A DNA stretch of 64,000 nucleotides from Zootoca vivipara (Eukaryota): the NCBI RefSeq assembly GCF_963506605.1, contig NC_083276.1, forward strand, positions 105,028,001-105,092,000, written 5' to 3'. Made by a program: the position numbers and the translations under genes. Each line of letters opens with the position of its first letter. Position 1 is the stretch's first letter. The notes under the pieces are model-generated. The model saw only the letters and a program-made list of their open reading frames with translations, was not told the origin of the DNA and made no database searches. Shown one piece after another: positions 36,166 through 48,790 of this stretch.

Positions 36166-36950
36166 CAGACCTTCCAAGTGTCCCTATTTCCTAGGGACAG
36201 TCCAGGATTTACAGAAGCCGTCCTGGTTTCTGATTTGATCCTGGATGTCCCAGTTTTCCTTACAACATCCCTATTTTCTTCAGAAAAATGTTGGAGCATA
36301 TGGAGTTATCTGACCCTCGAGCCATCTGAAATCAGCTCTGTATAGGGAATGTTTTTTTTAATATTAAATGTTTTATTGTGTTTTTATATATGTTGGAATC
36401 CTCCCAGAGTTTCTGGGACAACCCAGTCAGGTGGGTGGAGTATAAAGAGTAAAAATATTGTTGTTGTTGATCTTGTTGTTGTTGTTGTTGTTGTTTAATC
36501 ATTTAGTCATGTCCGACTCTTCATGTCCCTGTGGACCAGAGCACACCAGGCACTCCTGTCTTCCACTGCCTCCTGCAGTTTGGTCAAACTCATGTTCGTA
36601 GCTTTGAGAACACTGTCCAACCATCTCGTCCTCTGTCGTCCCCTTCTCCTAGTGCCCTCCATCTTTCCCAACATCAGGGTCTTTTCCAGGGAGTCTTCTC
36701 TTCTCATGAGGTGACCAAAGTATTGGAGCCTCAGCTTCAGGATCTGTCCTTCCAGTGAGCACTCAGGGCTGATTTCCTTGAGAATGGATAGGTTTGATCT
36801 TCTTGCAGTCCATGGGACTCTCAAGCACCATAATTCAAAAACATCAATTCTTCAATGATCAGCCCCCTCCTCCTCCTCCTCCTCCTCCTCCTCCTCCTCC
36901 TCCTCCTCTAGGATGTCCCTTTTTTCATCAGAGAAATGTTGGAGGGTATG
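36166..36950 (+). mobile_element. chimeric hAT-like non-autonomous element carrying an L2 3' end (copy A)
   Basis: left end CAGACCTTCCAAGTGTCCC; right end ATGTTGGAGGGTATG occurs twice (degenerate at ~36302, intact at 36950); L2 tail lies between; colinear with 48791-49375. Confidence 0.75.
36458..36863 (-). mobile_element. BovB LINE 3' fragment nested in the chimeric element
   Basis: ORF 36507-36824 RVPWTARRSN..YFGHLMRREDSLEKTLMLGKMEG..RGRQRTRWLD; (CAA)n tail. Confidence 0.96.
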
Positions 36951-37085
36951 CTTCCAGGAAACCTCAGGTTAGCCTCTGCCTGCATTTTGAACAACAAGTT
37001 TTCAGTTCAGATTTTGGACAGTGTGGAGTAATCAGAAGACATTTTGCTCCTGGTCATCACAAACCATGTGATGTGATGTGCCCAG

Positions 37086-37345
37086 CAGGGCTGGGCAAGG
37101 TCAGATTTTCAACATTGTGATATATCAACAGCCAATCACTGCGATCTGACGATACACCACAATGTCTCCCTCTGTGGTATGAGCATGATTGCGGCTTCAC
37201 CCGGCAGTATATCACGGATGAAAACGCCGCTGCTCCTGAGTCCCTCTGCTACCAGTGGCCCAATGTTGAAAGCGGTGCTGGTAGCAGAGGGACTCAGGAG
37301 CGGTCTCGGTTTCACCCCCTTATACCAGCCCTGGGTGATACCGCC
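37086..37345. mobile_element. palindromic non-autonomous element (probably hAT-Ac-like) with a perfect 24-bp internal stem
   Basis: CAGGGCTGG..CCAGCCCTG; inverted repeat 37232-37255 / 37278-37301. Confidence 0.5.
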
Positions 37346-37675
37346 ATGTGCCATAGAAAGGCACTAGACATGTCAAGAGATTCATCACATCCTGGTCATC
37401 ATTTCTTTGAGCTCCTGCCATCGGGACAGAGATATAGAACAATGAAGGCGAGAACGAGCCATCTCAAGAACAGTTTCTTTCCTAGAGCAATTTTGGCCTT
37501 AAATGGAAATTCTGGACTTTGAAGTCATTTTATTTTATTTGTTTATTGTTCTGTATTGGGTTGTGCTTATTAGTATTTTTAATTCATGTGGAGTGTCTTA
37601 ATTGAGTTGATACAGCAGCTGAGAAATTTAGTTGTTCCCGCAAGGGGACAATGACAATAAAGATTTATTCTATAC
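37346..37675 (+). mobile_element. Rex1/Babar LINE 3' end
   Basis: RKALDMSRDSSHPGHHFFELLPSGQRYRTMKARTSHLKNSFFPRAILALN; terminal AATGACAATAAAG..TATTCTA. Confidence 0.88.
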
Positions 37676-39010
37676 TAAATTTGTAATCTGAGCTTTTTAT
37701 TTGGGGCCCAGCACTCAATTTCTCACACTATTGCACCATATATATATATTTGGCAGTGCCTGATTTTCAGGTGTGGGGAGGCAGAGGGGCCTTCTTACCT
37801 TTTCTATTCCCCATAGTCACAGGGGGGGTTATAATTTTGCAAAAATTGTGGAGGTCAGCAGGTAGGGCTTTCAAATTTCTTCCAGGGAAGCTATTCCTCC
37901 CCACCCCACCCCAATTTTTTTTGAACATTTATTTTGGAAGTGTTTTCCTTACCACAGCAAACTGGGATGTGGGCTAAGGTTCAGAACATCAGACAATCCT
38001 GTTGCCACCCAGTGACTTAATTCATGCTGATTCAGAATAATATCTGCAAGTGGTTGTGTACGTTTGGTTTTGAACTACTCCTTCCCCACCTTCTTGAAAC
38101 GGTGATACGATCATCTGCCTTGAGAAAAGAGCTGTGTCTTGCAGCCATAGCCTATTCTCCTTTTCTTCCCAAAGCTGGTGAAAACAAAAGCAAGAAACAC
38201 TGGCTAGGCAGCAGCTCCCCTGTCCATTGGAATGAAGGTAAGGCACTACAGAAACCTAATAAAAGATTTCGGGTTTCATCCAGCGACATCTATTGCCACT
38301 GCCTCAGCCTGTTTTCTTTTTCTAAACTGTGGAAACAGACTTGGAATGATGCCTCTGGCTTCTGGTGCGTTCTGTTTCGTAACCTGTTTTGTAAGCAACC
38401 TGGTTCTCCAGGAAAGATTTTCGTTACTGAAGCTACTGCAAATTTTCCATCAGCTGCCACACTTCAGCTGGAATGTGACCTACAACTCCAGCCCCACCCC
38501 GCCGCCGGCCGCTCTGAAAAGCCATTGTAGCCCCTGCCCCCCCCCCAACAACTTGATGTTGATGTTAAGACACAGTCTGAAGATTTCCAAGTGAGTGAGA
38601 GAGGAAGAAATCTTGCATCATTAGTTTTCCTTTCGAATTAAAAGATGGAAAGGAGGTGTTGTCTTTTTAAGTTCTTTTTGTGCATTTACAAATCCGCGTA
38701 GTTTTATATCAAAGCAACACAAATGTATGTCAAATGCTCTGCCTGTTCCTGCAGGATAAAATTTAAGCAGAATCCAACCATAGGGCATGGCTTGGTAGAG
38801 GGAAACGTACCATAAGTCTCAGTTTTCATTTGGAGGGTGGGACAGTGAAGGAGACCTGAAATCACACTTCCGTGGCACATGCTAATCTGTCCCAGTGTAA
38901 TCTTACTATCAAACGTTGATGGTACAAATTGCTTTAGAACCATGTGAAATTTAACATCTGATTACTTTTTTCAACTGAGTACTAAGACTACTTTTTAACC
39001 CAGGAAAATC

Positions 39011-39197
39011 TTGGGAAAGATTGAGGGCACTAGGAGAAGGGGACGACAGAGGACAAGCTGGTTGGACAGTGTTCTCGAAGCTACGAACATGAGTTTGACC
39101 AAACTGCGGGAGGCAGTGCAAGACAGGAGTGCCTGGCGTGCTCTGGTCCATGGGGTCACGAAGAGTCAGACACGATTAAACGACTAAACAACAACAA
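39011..39197 (+). mobile_element. BovB 3' fragment
   Basis: LGKIEGTRRRGRQR..WLD; GGGGTCACGAAGAGTC..(AAC)n. Confidence 0.94.
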
Positions 39198-40462
39198 AAT
39201 GAAAACAGAATTGCTGCTGCAAATACTGGGAAAATAGAAACAAAATTGACTCCTTTTGAATCATTAATATATATGAGGAAAAACATGGAAAGGTTTGTTA
39301 TCTCACATTTTTCAATCATTATTGATTTCAGATAATTCAACTGGAAATAATTCAGAAACAGCTTGCCAAGGAATGTTTAACCAAAGGGTTGGCGCTATCT
39401 GCACGTAAAAGACAACAATTTTACCGTTTAGGGTTTTTAGGGTTGGTTTTGAAACACCTTTTGAGCTCAGCAAAATTAACAAGAATGGGAAAAAAACCCA
39501 GTACATTAAAAACAGCTAGTCAGCAAGATTTTAAAATGCCTGGAATACTTTAAAAGCCTGGGAGAATAAAAAGGGGTTTCTCCTGATGCCTAAATGAAAA
39601 CAGCATAGGCATCAGGCAGAGGGCTTTCCATAAATGGGCACCATGGCTGAGAGAGGAAGAGAGAGACTTCTCTCTAGTAGTTGTCACTGTCAGCTGATGA
39701 GAAGCTGCTTATTCAAACCCCTAGATCTCAAGCCCCCTAGATCTCAAGATTTAAACAGAACTGACATTCGGCGAAGCTTTTTTAAACCCTGATGTGATTT
39801 TTTTATCCAAATAGGCTGTGCCTGCTGAATTCTATGCCTACTGAAGTTTCAAAAGTATTTTCATAGGCAGCCCGACATCCAATTCCTTTCTGAGCTGTTT
39901 CCTACAGTAATGATGAATGTTGACAGAGTTTCCAGACTAATGCAGATTGATTTGTTTCATATATGATGGGATTGTCTTAAAATTAAATTATTTTGGAGGG
40001 ATGTTCTGTACGGTTGGCTTGGTGATTAAACATGCTTTGCTCCTTAATCTGTTGGTCACCTTGCTTAGATATATGAAGAGTGTTAAGAAGGAGCTTGGAA
40101 CTCACTGACTGCAGAAAAAAAAATCATAGCAAGTAAATGGAGTGAGCATAAACACCCAGCCTTGAAAGACCGAATTGCTAAAACATGGAGGATTGCTAAA
40201 ACGGCTAAGCTAACTGAATATGTACACTTAAAAGATGGTAAGAGAGAGGAAAGGATCAGAGGCAGTTCAGGGATACAGTCTCCATTTATTGGCCTTGTAA
40301 TCATAAAGTATAATTTGGATATTATTAAATGTAGGACATTTCACCTCATTTCTGATATAAAATAAAAGATAGTTTCTGCTTTTGAATGACCAAGGAATGA
40401 AACCTGGGACAGGGTCGTGAAAATGAACTGACAGAATTAGCAGCCACGCACTAGTGAAATTC

Positions 40463-40736
40463 TCAGTGGATTGTAACCGACAGAAAGCTCTTGGATTCAG
40501 CAGAACCTTCTGTCAGCGGGACAGGATTTAGGGGGATCTTCCACGATCCCCTCTCCACCCTGGCAGCTCTCCATTCCACCTCCCATGCTGTTCTGAAAGG
40601 TCACCAAACAATCTGGAGCAGGTTTGAGAGGGGTGCGGGAGGAGATCCCTTCAGCCCCTGATCTAGTGACAGATGGCTCTATTGGACCAGAGAGCCTTCC
40701 CAACGGCAGAGAGGTCCTGATTGGATACAACCCAGT
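40463..40736. mobile_element. old palindromic MITE (terminus TTGGATACAACCC)
   Basis: imperfect end-to-end palindrome; the same terminus occurs at 43556-43568. Confidence 0.45.
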
Positions 40737-41349
40737 GATCTCCATCAGTTATATTGAATTAGACAAAATAAGTGGGCTCCAGTTTGAGTCACAGCTGATG
40801 AAAAATTAGTTCCAGGCATTGGTGTTCAGCCATAACCCTCCATTCCTTTGCTTTCTCCCATGTAAGTGAATGGCTGCCATTTTGCTACCATGGGAAAAAG
40901 GTAAAGAACTATATACTTGGAGAAAATCATTGCGAGAGCCTAAGCTTGCAAGATCACTGGGGCAGAATGTACAGAGACTGTTCCCCTCAATAGTCTTTTA
41001 ACGTATGGGTGTTCTCTGCCTACACTTGGGTGGGTGGGGGCATTTTGTGACATATAAAATAATGAAACACCCATGATATTTCAAGGTGGACTGGGTAAAT
41101 CTCCAGTTCTTGCCGGTCCCAATTTAAGTTATTAAATTGTTTAATATCTTTTTGCTTCAACTTCTTCCTCCCCTTGGTATTCCACTTCCCAGCTTCTCCC
41201 ACTGCATTTCCACTCACTATTGGGAAAAGATAATAATATTGGAAATAGATCGCTCCTCCCTCCCCTGGAAATTCCACTACCAAAACTGTCATAACAAAAC
41301 TTCTGTCTTTTGAAACACTCTTGAGTGTGGCAAAAGATAATGTTGGAAT

Positions 41350-41518
41350 GGCTATTTGGACACCATACACTTAAAGCACATGATTTCCCTCAAAGGGAAT
41401 TGTTGTTTACCCCTCTCAGAGAGCTGCAATTCCTAGCATCCTTAGCATACTATAGTTCCCAGGATTTATTTTTTGGGGGGGGGGGCATATGCTTTAAGTG
41501 TATGGTGTGTGTACAGTC
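41350..41518. mobile_element. palindromic MITE (PIF/Harbinger-like)
   Basis: perfect 18-bp inverted repeat CACCATACACTTAAAGCA at 41361-41378 / 41490-41507. Confidence 0.7.
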
Positions 41519-41709
41519 TTAGAGAAACAGATAGGCAAATGTTTATTACTGGATAGGCTACTTGTGTCCATGACAGACATTGGACCGTGGTCGACAGGTG
41601 AGAGAACATTACTATTGAATCTCTCCTCCCTACCCCCAACTGTGCCAAACACAGTGACCTCTTGCTTAGGGGCTGTGTGTTCAAGTCCCAACCAAAGGGA
41701 GTTTTCAAG

Positions 41710-41892
41710 AAAGGCCTTTATCTTAGTAGTAGAGTACATGCTTTACATGCAAAAAGACCCATGTTCAATCCTTAGCAGTTCCTAGTAGCACTGGGAAACA
41801 TCCTTGTCTGATTCCTTGGACAGCTTCCAGCCAGTATTGAGCTAGATAGACCAATGGTCTGGTTCAATATAAGGCACCTTCCTGTGTTCCTT
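41710..41892 (+). mobile_element. Squam3-like SINE, degenerate
   Basis: homologous to 12312-12510. Confidence 0.65.
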
Positions 41893-42923
41893 CCTACACC
41901 CTGCACCCATTCATCCCACCCAGGAGACCATGGAGTGGCTCCAGTTCTGAAGCCCATCTGCCCTCATCATCACCAACAGCAGCTGACTTGGATGCTGAAC
42001 TATTGGGGAGGGAAGACCTCATCATGTGCAGTTTGCTGGTTGCTCATAATGTGTGCTCTTTCGTGTCTGGATTCAGGTGTACCAGCAAAGAATTTCACTG
42101 CCAACCCAACAGCACAGTGCCATGCAGCACCATTGTATAAGTTTGAATCTAATGATTCACCTAGTCTAGGTAAAGGAATCCAATTAGTCAGTGGAAATGC
42201 CCCATTTCTTCACGGATTTCATACTCAATTGTACCACTGGCTCACAGCTAGCCCACTTCCCAAGCTGTTTTATTCCCTTAAACATTATTTTCATTTGATT
42301 CCCCTTTTGATCCTAAGGAATTTGCTTACTATTACCTGCCAGAGAATATGTCCTTGTGCAAATTCCTCCTGACAGCAATATGCAAACTCTTATTATGCTA
42401 AAGAAGAGGTAGTTCCCTATAGCCATATATGTCTTCTGTGCAAATGTGCTTACTGACCTTCAGGATCATCCACATAATAGTGCACAAATTATTTGGGCAG
42501 TAGTTTTCTTTGGAATCGGGAGTTTTCGTTTATCTCTCTCCCCCCCCTCCTTAGCCATGCTGTAGGGGAGAATTTTCTCTGCAGAGATCTCACTCTCTTC
42601 TGCTCATGATTAAAGTCAGATGGGAAAAGGGACCTTGCATAACTAGTATAAACAGAATATTATTGAGAAAAATGCAGTGGGGAGTGGGTTCACAGGCAAT
42701 GTAGCGACAAAAGCCACAATCCTGCAAGCACAGCTCTCTTGAATCCCCCAGATGACAGATAATCCACCCAAGCTATTCTTTTAGTGGATCCTAAAATAAT
42801 GTCTAAATTTTCATCTTGACATATATGTTAGCATAGGCCAATCTGTGTTTTCTTTTGTTGTTCTCAGTTTTGATTATGCATTAGCGGCCATGCTACAGCA
42901 CAGTGCCCCCACTGCCACTAAAG

Positions 42924-43059
42924 CAGGCATCCCCAAACTGCGGCCCTCCAGATGTTTTGGCCTACAACTCCCATGATCCCTAGCTAACAGGACCAGTGGT
43001 CAGGGATGATGGGAATTGTAGTCCAAAACATCTGGAGGGCCGAAGTTTGGGGATGCCTG
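42924..43059. mobile_element. 136-bp hAT MITE
   Basis: TIR CAGGCATCCCCAAACT; TSD CACTAAAG. Confidence 0.96.
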
Positions 43060-45064
43060 CACTAAAGGCATGGAGTCTTTCTCACCTCCTCACTCACTGC
43101 TCAGCAGTGGTAGTCAAGCGAACCATCCCACCAGCCTTGCAATCTCAACATGAGCTGCCCCTGGTAAGAGTGCTATCCTTGCTTCGGCATCTATGTGTTT
43201 GCAAGGGGAAAGGCTCATTTTTATCCCTATTTGCCAATCCTAAAGAAGCATACTCAGTAGCCACTGATGAAGAGATCATGTCACAAACTGACTAGGTTTT
43301 TGACAATATACTGCTCTGTATATTGTCGCAGATTATGCTCTGAATTGTCATTTGAGAGTTCACTACTCGGAGCCTGAAATGCAATGCTTGTAGGGTAGCC
43401 ACAATTTCATATACAGTCCTCTCTGTAACACATCATTGTTAGTAACTTACAATCACCGTCTCTGGACCGAACTCCTTGTTTGGGCTGAGTGTGTTCATTG
43501 AAATCAATTGCATTGACTAGCTTAAGTTCATTAATTTCAATGGGTATACCTTTAGTTGGATACAACCCTGTATTTGTGTGTGTGTGTATGTTTTAATCAC
43601 TGCCAGATTTACCATCCTGAGGCGATAGTTCAACATAATCACTTTGCTTAATCCATCTGTTATAATTCTCCGTATCAGAAAAAAGTACAGCTAGCCACAT
43701 CGTTTAGAAAAAGGCTAAGCTATTTTACTTGCTATCAAAGAACTAAAACCACAAGAACCCAGGAGGTGAAATAAGCCTTAAACCGGGCCCAGGGCTTTCC
43801 TCACATGTTTTGAAATAAGGATGACAGTATGTGGGGGGAGTGGGTGATTCAATGACGTGTGACAAATCTGAGCGACGACAGGAAGCATGTAAATCACACG
43901 TATTATCAGGCCTCATCTGATTGTCTGTACAACATATACAAGTTGAAGGATTAAGTACTGGACGGGCTTTCAGAGCAGGGAAGGTACTGTGTGGGCCTGG
44001 TGTGACAACTCTGATTAAGACACTGACAGAGCGCACAAAAAAACCCCATTTGTTGGTGTGACATGTCAGATGGATGAAGCATCAGTCTTTGTCCGTGAGA
44101 GTTCAGCTTCCTTTCAAAAGGCCGTGCGGATCTGCTGTGGGGGGAACAGGGAGACAAGTAACGCATTTGCTTAATACAAGCAACATGTAAAGCACCTAAC
44201 AATGAAAATCAAAGTGATTTCTATAGCATTGGTAAAGCGCAGCGAACAATATGATTTAATGCAAGCAGCATTCCCTTTTGCCTCTTACTTCTCCAAAGCA
44301 GCTTGCATTATACAGTTAATTCTCCTTCTGCCTATGACTAAATTGTTTAGCTGGCTTTACCTTTGTTTGATATTGAAAAAATAAAATGATGGAAAATTGG
44401 AGCCAACAATGTGTTCTGATTATTCCTATGCTATAGAATATTCTCTCAATGTGACAAACCATGTTTATCTCACTAGGGATAAAGAGGGAGGAATTCCGTC
44501 TGATTTAAATTCATTTATGTGAGCCAGTGTTAAACAGCCACATTATTATCAAGCCAAAGACAATACTATATTTTTATTTCACTTTTTCCATAATTATCGG
44601 ATTTCCATTTTCAGAATTTTACCTAACCACAAGATTGATGTTGGGAAATAAAAATGATTGGGAGAATTAGTTAAAACTATTTTATCCATCTTCTCTCTTC
44701 TATGTATTTTTTTTTTTTTACCCCTTCGTTCTTGAGTGCCTAATCTTCTGTGTTCTTAAGAAAATTCCCTAATAGCTCTAGACTGGATATTTCTATAGAA
44801 ATATGTTGTGAGTAGTGTTGAGACTGTCTTTAAAAAAATAGCACAAATGAAAGAGATCATTTGCTCTTGATGGAAAATATTAATCGCTTTGTGGAGTCTT
44901 GTAATGGCTTTTCAAGCTTTTATTTTAAATTTCTCATAATCGGGAGGAAGGAGGACTGAAAATGAGAAAAGAAAAATAAAGAAATGCTGTGTAATTAATA
45001 GTCTGGTTATAATGTTTGCAGAGCCAACAAAGAAATGCCTAGGAATGGACAGCTGCATCACTGC

Positions 45065-45437
45065 ATCATCATCAACATCATTTATTACTTATACCCCACC
45101 CCACTGGCTGGGCCTCCCCAGCCATTCTGGGCAGGTCCCAACAGAATATTCAAAACCAAAACACGATAAAACATCAAACATTAAAAACTTCCTAAAACAG
45201 GGCTGCCTTCAGGTGTCTTCTAAAAGTCAGGTAGTTGTTTATTTCCTTGACATCTGATGGGAGGGTGTTCCACAGGACTGGTGCCACAACCGAGAAGGCC
45301 CTCCGCCTGGTTCCCTGTAACTTGGCTTCTCGCAGTGAGGGAACCGTCAGAAGGCCTTCGGCGCTGGACCTCAGTGTCCGGGCTGGACGATGAGGATGGA
45401 GACGATCCTTTAGGTATACTGGGCCGAGGCCGTTTAA
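45065..45437 (-). mobile_element. L2 LINE 3' end (young)
   Basis: LNGLGPVYLKDRL..RTLRSS..RRAFSVVAPVLWNTLP..TFRRHLKAALF. Confidence 0.93.
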
Positions 45438-45639
45438 CTGCACCCATCAAACGCTTGTTGTCAAATAGTCAGGTGAAATGCCTGGTGGCTCATGATAGGG
45501 ACACACAGACATCCGTACCCATTTGTGCTATGTGTACTTGGAAAAGTTGCTTCTTCCTTGCTAGCTAAGCAGTCTGGGACTAAGACATGTTGAGGGCATC
45601 ACACTGGTTTCCAGAGCAGCATATCTCATGTATCATCTG

Positions 45640-45722
45640 GTTGAGATTTCTACACTGAAGGGGGTTAGATGATAGGATCTTTGTGAACCCTTCTAACTCT
45701 ACAATTCTATGAGTTCATGATT
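45640..45722 (+). mobile_element. CR1 3' terminal fragment
   Basis: CCCTTCTAACTCTACAATTCTATGA. Confidence 0.7.
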
Positions 45723-46727
45723 GATTACATGAGCTATCCTTTTTACTTATTAGTTTCGTGGAAGCAGCTTCTTGCTGAATAGGTTGCCTCATGGAGCTTC
45801 GCACATGCAAAACTAGATTTTGGCTCTCCATGAGATTACAACATTTGGCAAGACTTTGGGTCCTGTTTCACAACAACCTCCTCACTTCCATCTGATTGTT
45901 ATTTCTCGGTATTCTTGCCATCCATGGGAACACAGTGGTCTGTCAGTCTCCCTTCCTCATTGTGGGGTACAACAACAGTATAATGATGTGTATCTGGTTA
46001 CCTCATGGTGATGATGATTAATCTGGTCGCTAATTTAGCCTCCTGGTCATTTTAGCCCCACACCCTTCTAGTTTTCAGAGTGGGAAGGACAGGCAAAATA
46101 TAATAATGGTATTTTAAAGAATATCTTACAAAACTGGGACCCTAAAGTTCATGAGTGATTAGAAATTGATTAGCTGATAACATTGGCAACCAAGATCCTA
46201 TAAAAGTAGGGTTCAAGATTTATTCATAAAAGTATTGTTTCCTTTTGGGCTCATCATCTGCTTCCATCTTCCTCCAGCATAAGGAAAAGATTGGAATCTT
46301 TTATTTCCATTTCTAGTTAACCATGGTTTATCAATATGTCCAAACTTGTGGTTTATCAAGAAAAAAGCTGTTGTTAATTTTAACTATGGTTTTTTGGAAC
46401 AAGCCAACCTCAGGCTTTACGACCATGGTTTATTTCCTTAAACCATAGTTAAGATTAACCACTGTATAGGACTTAGATGTAACTATAAACTGTGGTCAGG
46501 CATGAGAGTTCGCATTTGAAGGCAAACCTAACTTGCACTTTCTGAAGTGAAGCAAAAACTGAAACGCAGTCATCCTTAGAAACTGGCACTTCTCCAAATT
46601 TTACAATGTAGGTCTTCAGCCAAGTAATATATGCAGAAATAATTATACAACAGTATAGTTTGCTTAAAAATGAAAATAACATACAAAAATACATTATATT
46701 GGGGGAAACTGTTTTGCAAAAATGGGT

Positions 46728-47237
46728 TAAAGGTAGGTAAAGGGGTCCCATAATGTGGGTTTAATATTAAGTGTGTTTACAGTTGATTTAAATGTTTTAT
46801 TTTAAGGTTTTTATGGGTTTTTTCCCTTTAATGTAATGATTTTGTTTATTGTGAAAATTAATAAAAAATATTATAAAAAAGGACCCCTGGACGGTTAAGT
46901 CCAGTCAAAGGCGACTATGGGCTTGCGGCACTTATCTCACTTTTCAGGCCAAGGGAGCTGGCATTTGTTCACAGACAGCTTTCCTAGTCATGTGGCCAGC
47001 ATGACTAAACCGCTTCTGGCACAACGGGATACCGTGATGGAAGCCAGAGTGCACAGAAACACCGTTTACCTTCCCGCCACAGCGGTACCTATTTATCTAC
47101 TTGCACTGGCATGCTTTCGAACTGGTGGGAGCTGGGACAGAGCAACGGGAGCTCACCCCGTCACAGGGATTTGAACTGCTGACCTTCTGATAGGCAAGCA
47201 CAAAAGGCTCAGTGGTTTAGACAGTGCCACCCGCGTC
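46728..47237 (-). mobile_element. Sauria SINE
   Basis: TSD TGCAAAAATGGGT / TGCAAGAATGTGT; interrupted near its tail. Confidence 0.93.
46750..46880 (+). mobile_element. polyadenylated LINE (L1/Tx1-like) 3' UTR fragment
   Basis: T-rich UTR, AATAAA and A-rich tail; flanking duplication AAAGGGGTCCC / AAAAGGACCCC. Confidence 0.6.
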
Positions 47238-48790
47238 TGCAAGAATGTGTATAGTGGGCTAAATTGCATACCCCAAAAATGCATGCAAAATCCTGCCAAA
47301 TTTTCATGAGAACTTTTTTTAAAAGATGCAAAAATGTGGAAGAGAACTTAAGACTGGGAAAATGAGAAACAGAGAAAAACAGAAATGGAAAGATTGGCCC
47401 ATTTCTGCCTGTGGTTAATGAGAAATCAAATCTGTCTTGCAGCCATGCCAGAGCAGGAGGGGGAGGGTGGAGCACATGAGCCCAAGGTTCACGCCCTGAA
47501 TATTAAACCATAGTTTAGCACTGTGTCCAAACCAGGCCACTGAGTACAATGGAATTAACTTCGTCTTTTAAAAGAGATGTGGACTACACCTTCACTATTG
47601 ATTGCCTTGGTTTTTGTTCCCATGAGCTTCCAATGCTCTCACTACCAGTGCTATAAGCAAAGCAAAACTCCATCTGAATGTGTTGGGTTATGCTGAAACT
47701 ACTGAGCCTGCTGACCCTGTAACAACAAACAGAAATGCCTGCCTGAGATTTCCTGATCTGAGAGGTCTTGCACCATTTTCTTTCTCAGCTCTGATGAGCA
47801 CTGCTGAGTGATTGCGCCTTTCCCCGACCCCTTTGCATATTATTTACATGGATTGCATATGCATATATCCACATGATATATAGGAAACAAAAACAGGAAT
47901 ATCCCAATAGAATATCACACCTCAAATTATATAGGAGGACAGGGAAGTGGGGCTTAGCAATTGACCAAAGCAATCCTGTCCTTCCCTTTGTTTCTCTGCC
48001 ATCGAAAACCATCACTTACGACGTCTCGTTGCTTCTTCATGTTGTACATGAAGTGGCCCGACCAGCTTTCCAGCATACATTAGACTATTGTCTTCTGAAA
48101 TGCTTCGCCGAAGCCAGCTCTGCACATCACATGGAATGCTTAAGCCGCGCTGGTCTTTGTTTGACATCCAGTTTGTCTGGCATCTGACATTAGCATTGCT
48201 AAGTATCAAATTGCTGAGCGCTTACCAATTTGGCTATTGTGCCACCACATCATTCATCCAAATCCACAGCCAAGAGAAGGAAAAGAGGGGGGCACAGGGG
48301 AGAGAGAAGAACACAAAGCAATTTTGTAGTCAAGAAGATGAAAACGCTATGGCATCCTAGGAAGAGTGTCAGGAGTCAGTGGTGTTAGAGTGCAGTCATC
48401 ATTAGTAGAAAGTCCCTGCGTTCATCTTAGATAGCAGGGCTGCAGAAAGTTACCTACTGGCTAGTGCTGCTGCAAGTCTGGGTAAGTAATACTGAGTTAG
48501 ATAGACCATTGGTCTGATGAAGCTATGGCAGCTCTTTACAGAGGCTGCAATATCCTATCCACCTATGTAGCCTAGAGTTAGGCTGAAGGGTCAGCTAGAG
48601 TCATGTTCCAATGGCATGATTGGCCAATCAGCCCTACCTCACATTACGACAAAGCATCTTGTTGATAGCAAAATAATGTTGCAGTGTGTCTTCTCTCCAT
48701 CGGCCATATATGGGCTACATGTGTGCTTCTGGTTCTGAGATTTCCAACACTGTAGCACAGAACACATACTAGGCTAGCTCAGCCATGTGG

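Larger units (their letters stand above)
46497..47407. mobile_element. hAT (Ac-like) non-autonomous element hosting nested insertions
   Basis: homologous to 18194-18669; TSD ACTGTGGT / CCTGTGGT. Confidence 0.75.

Noticed and set aside
38024-38530. 168-aa ORF, and the 172-aa ORF at 41854-42372
   Set aside because: No recognisable domain or supported splice structure; compatible with chance
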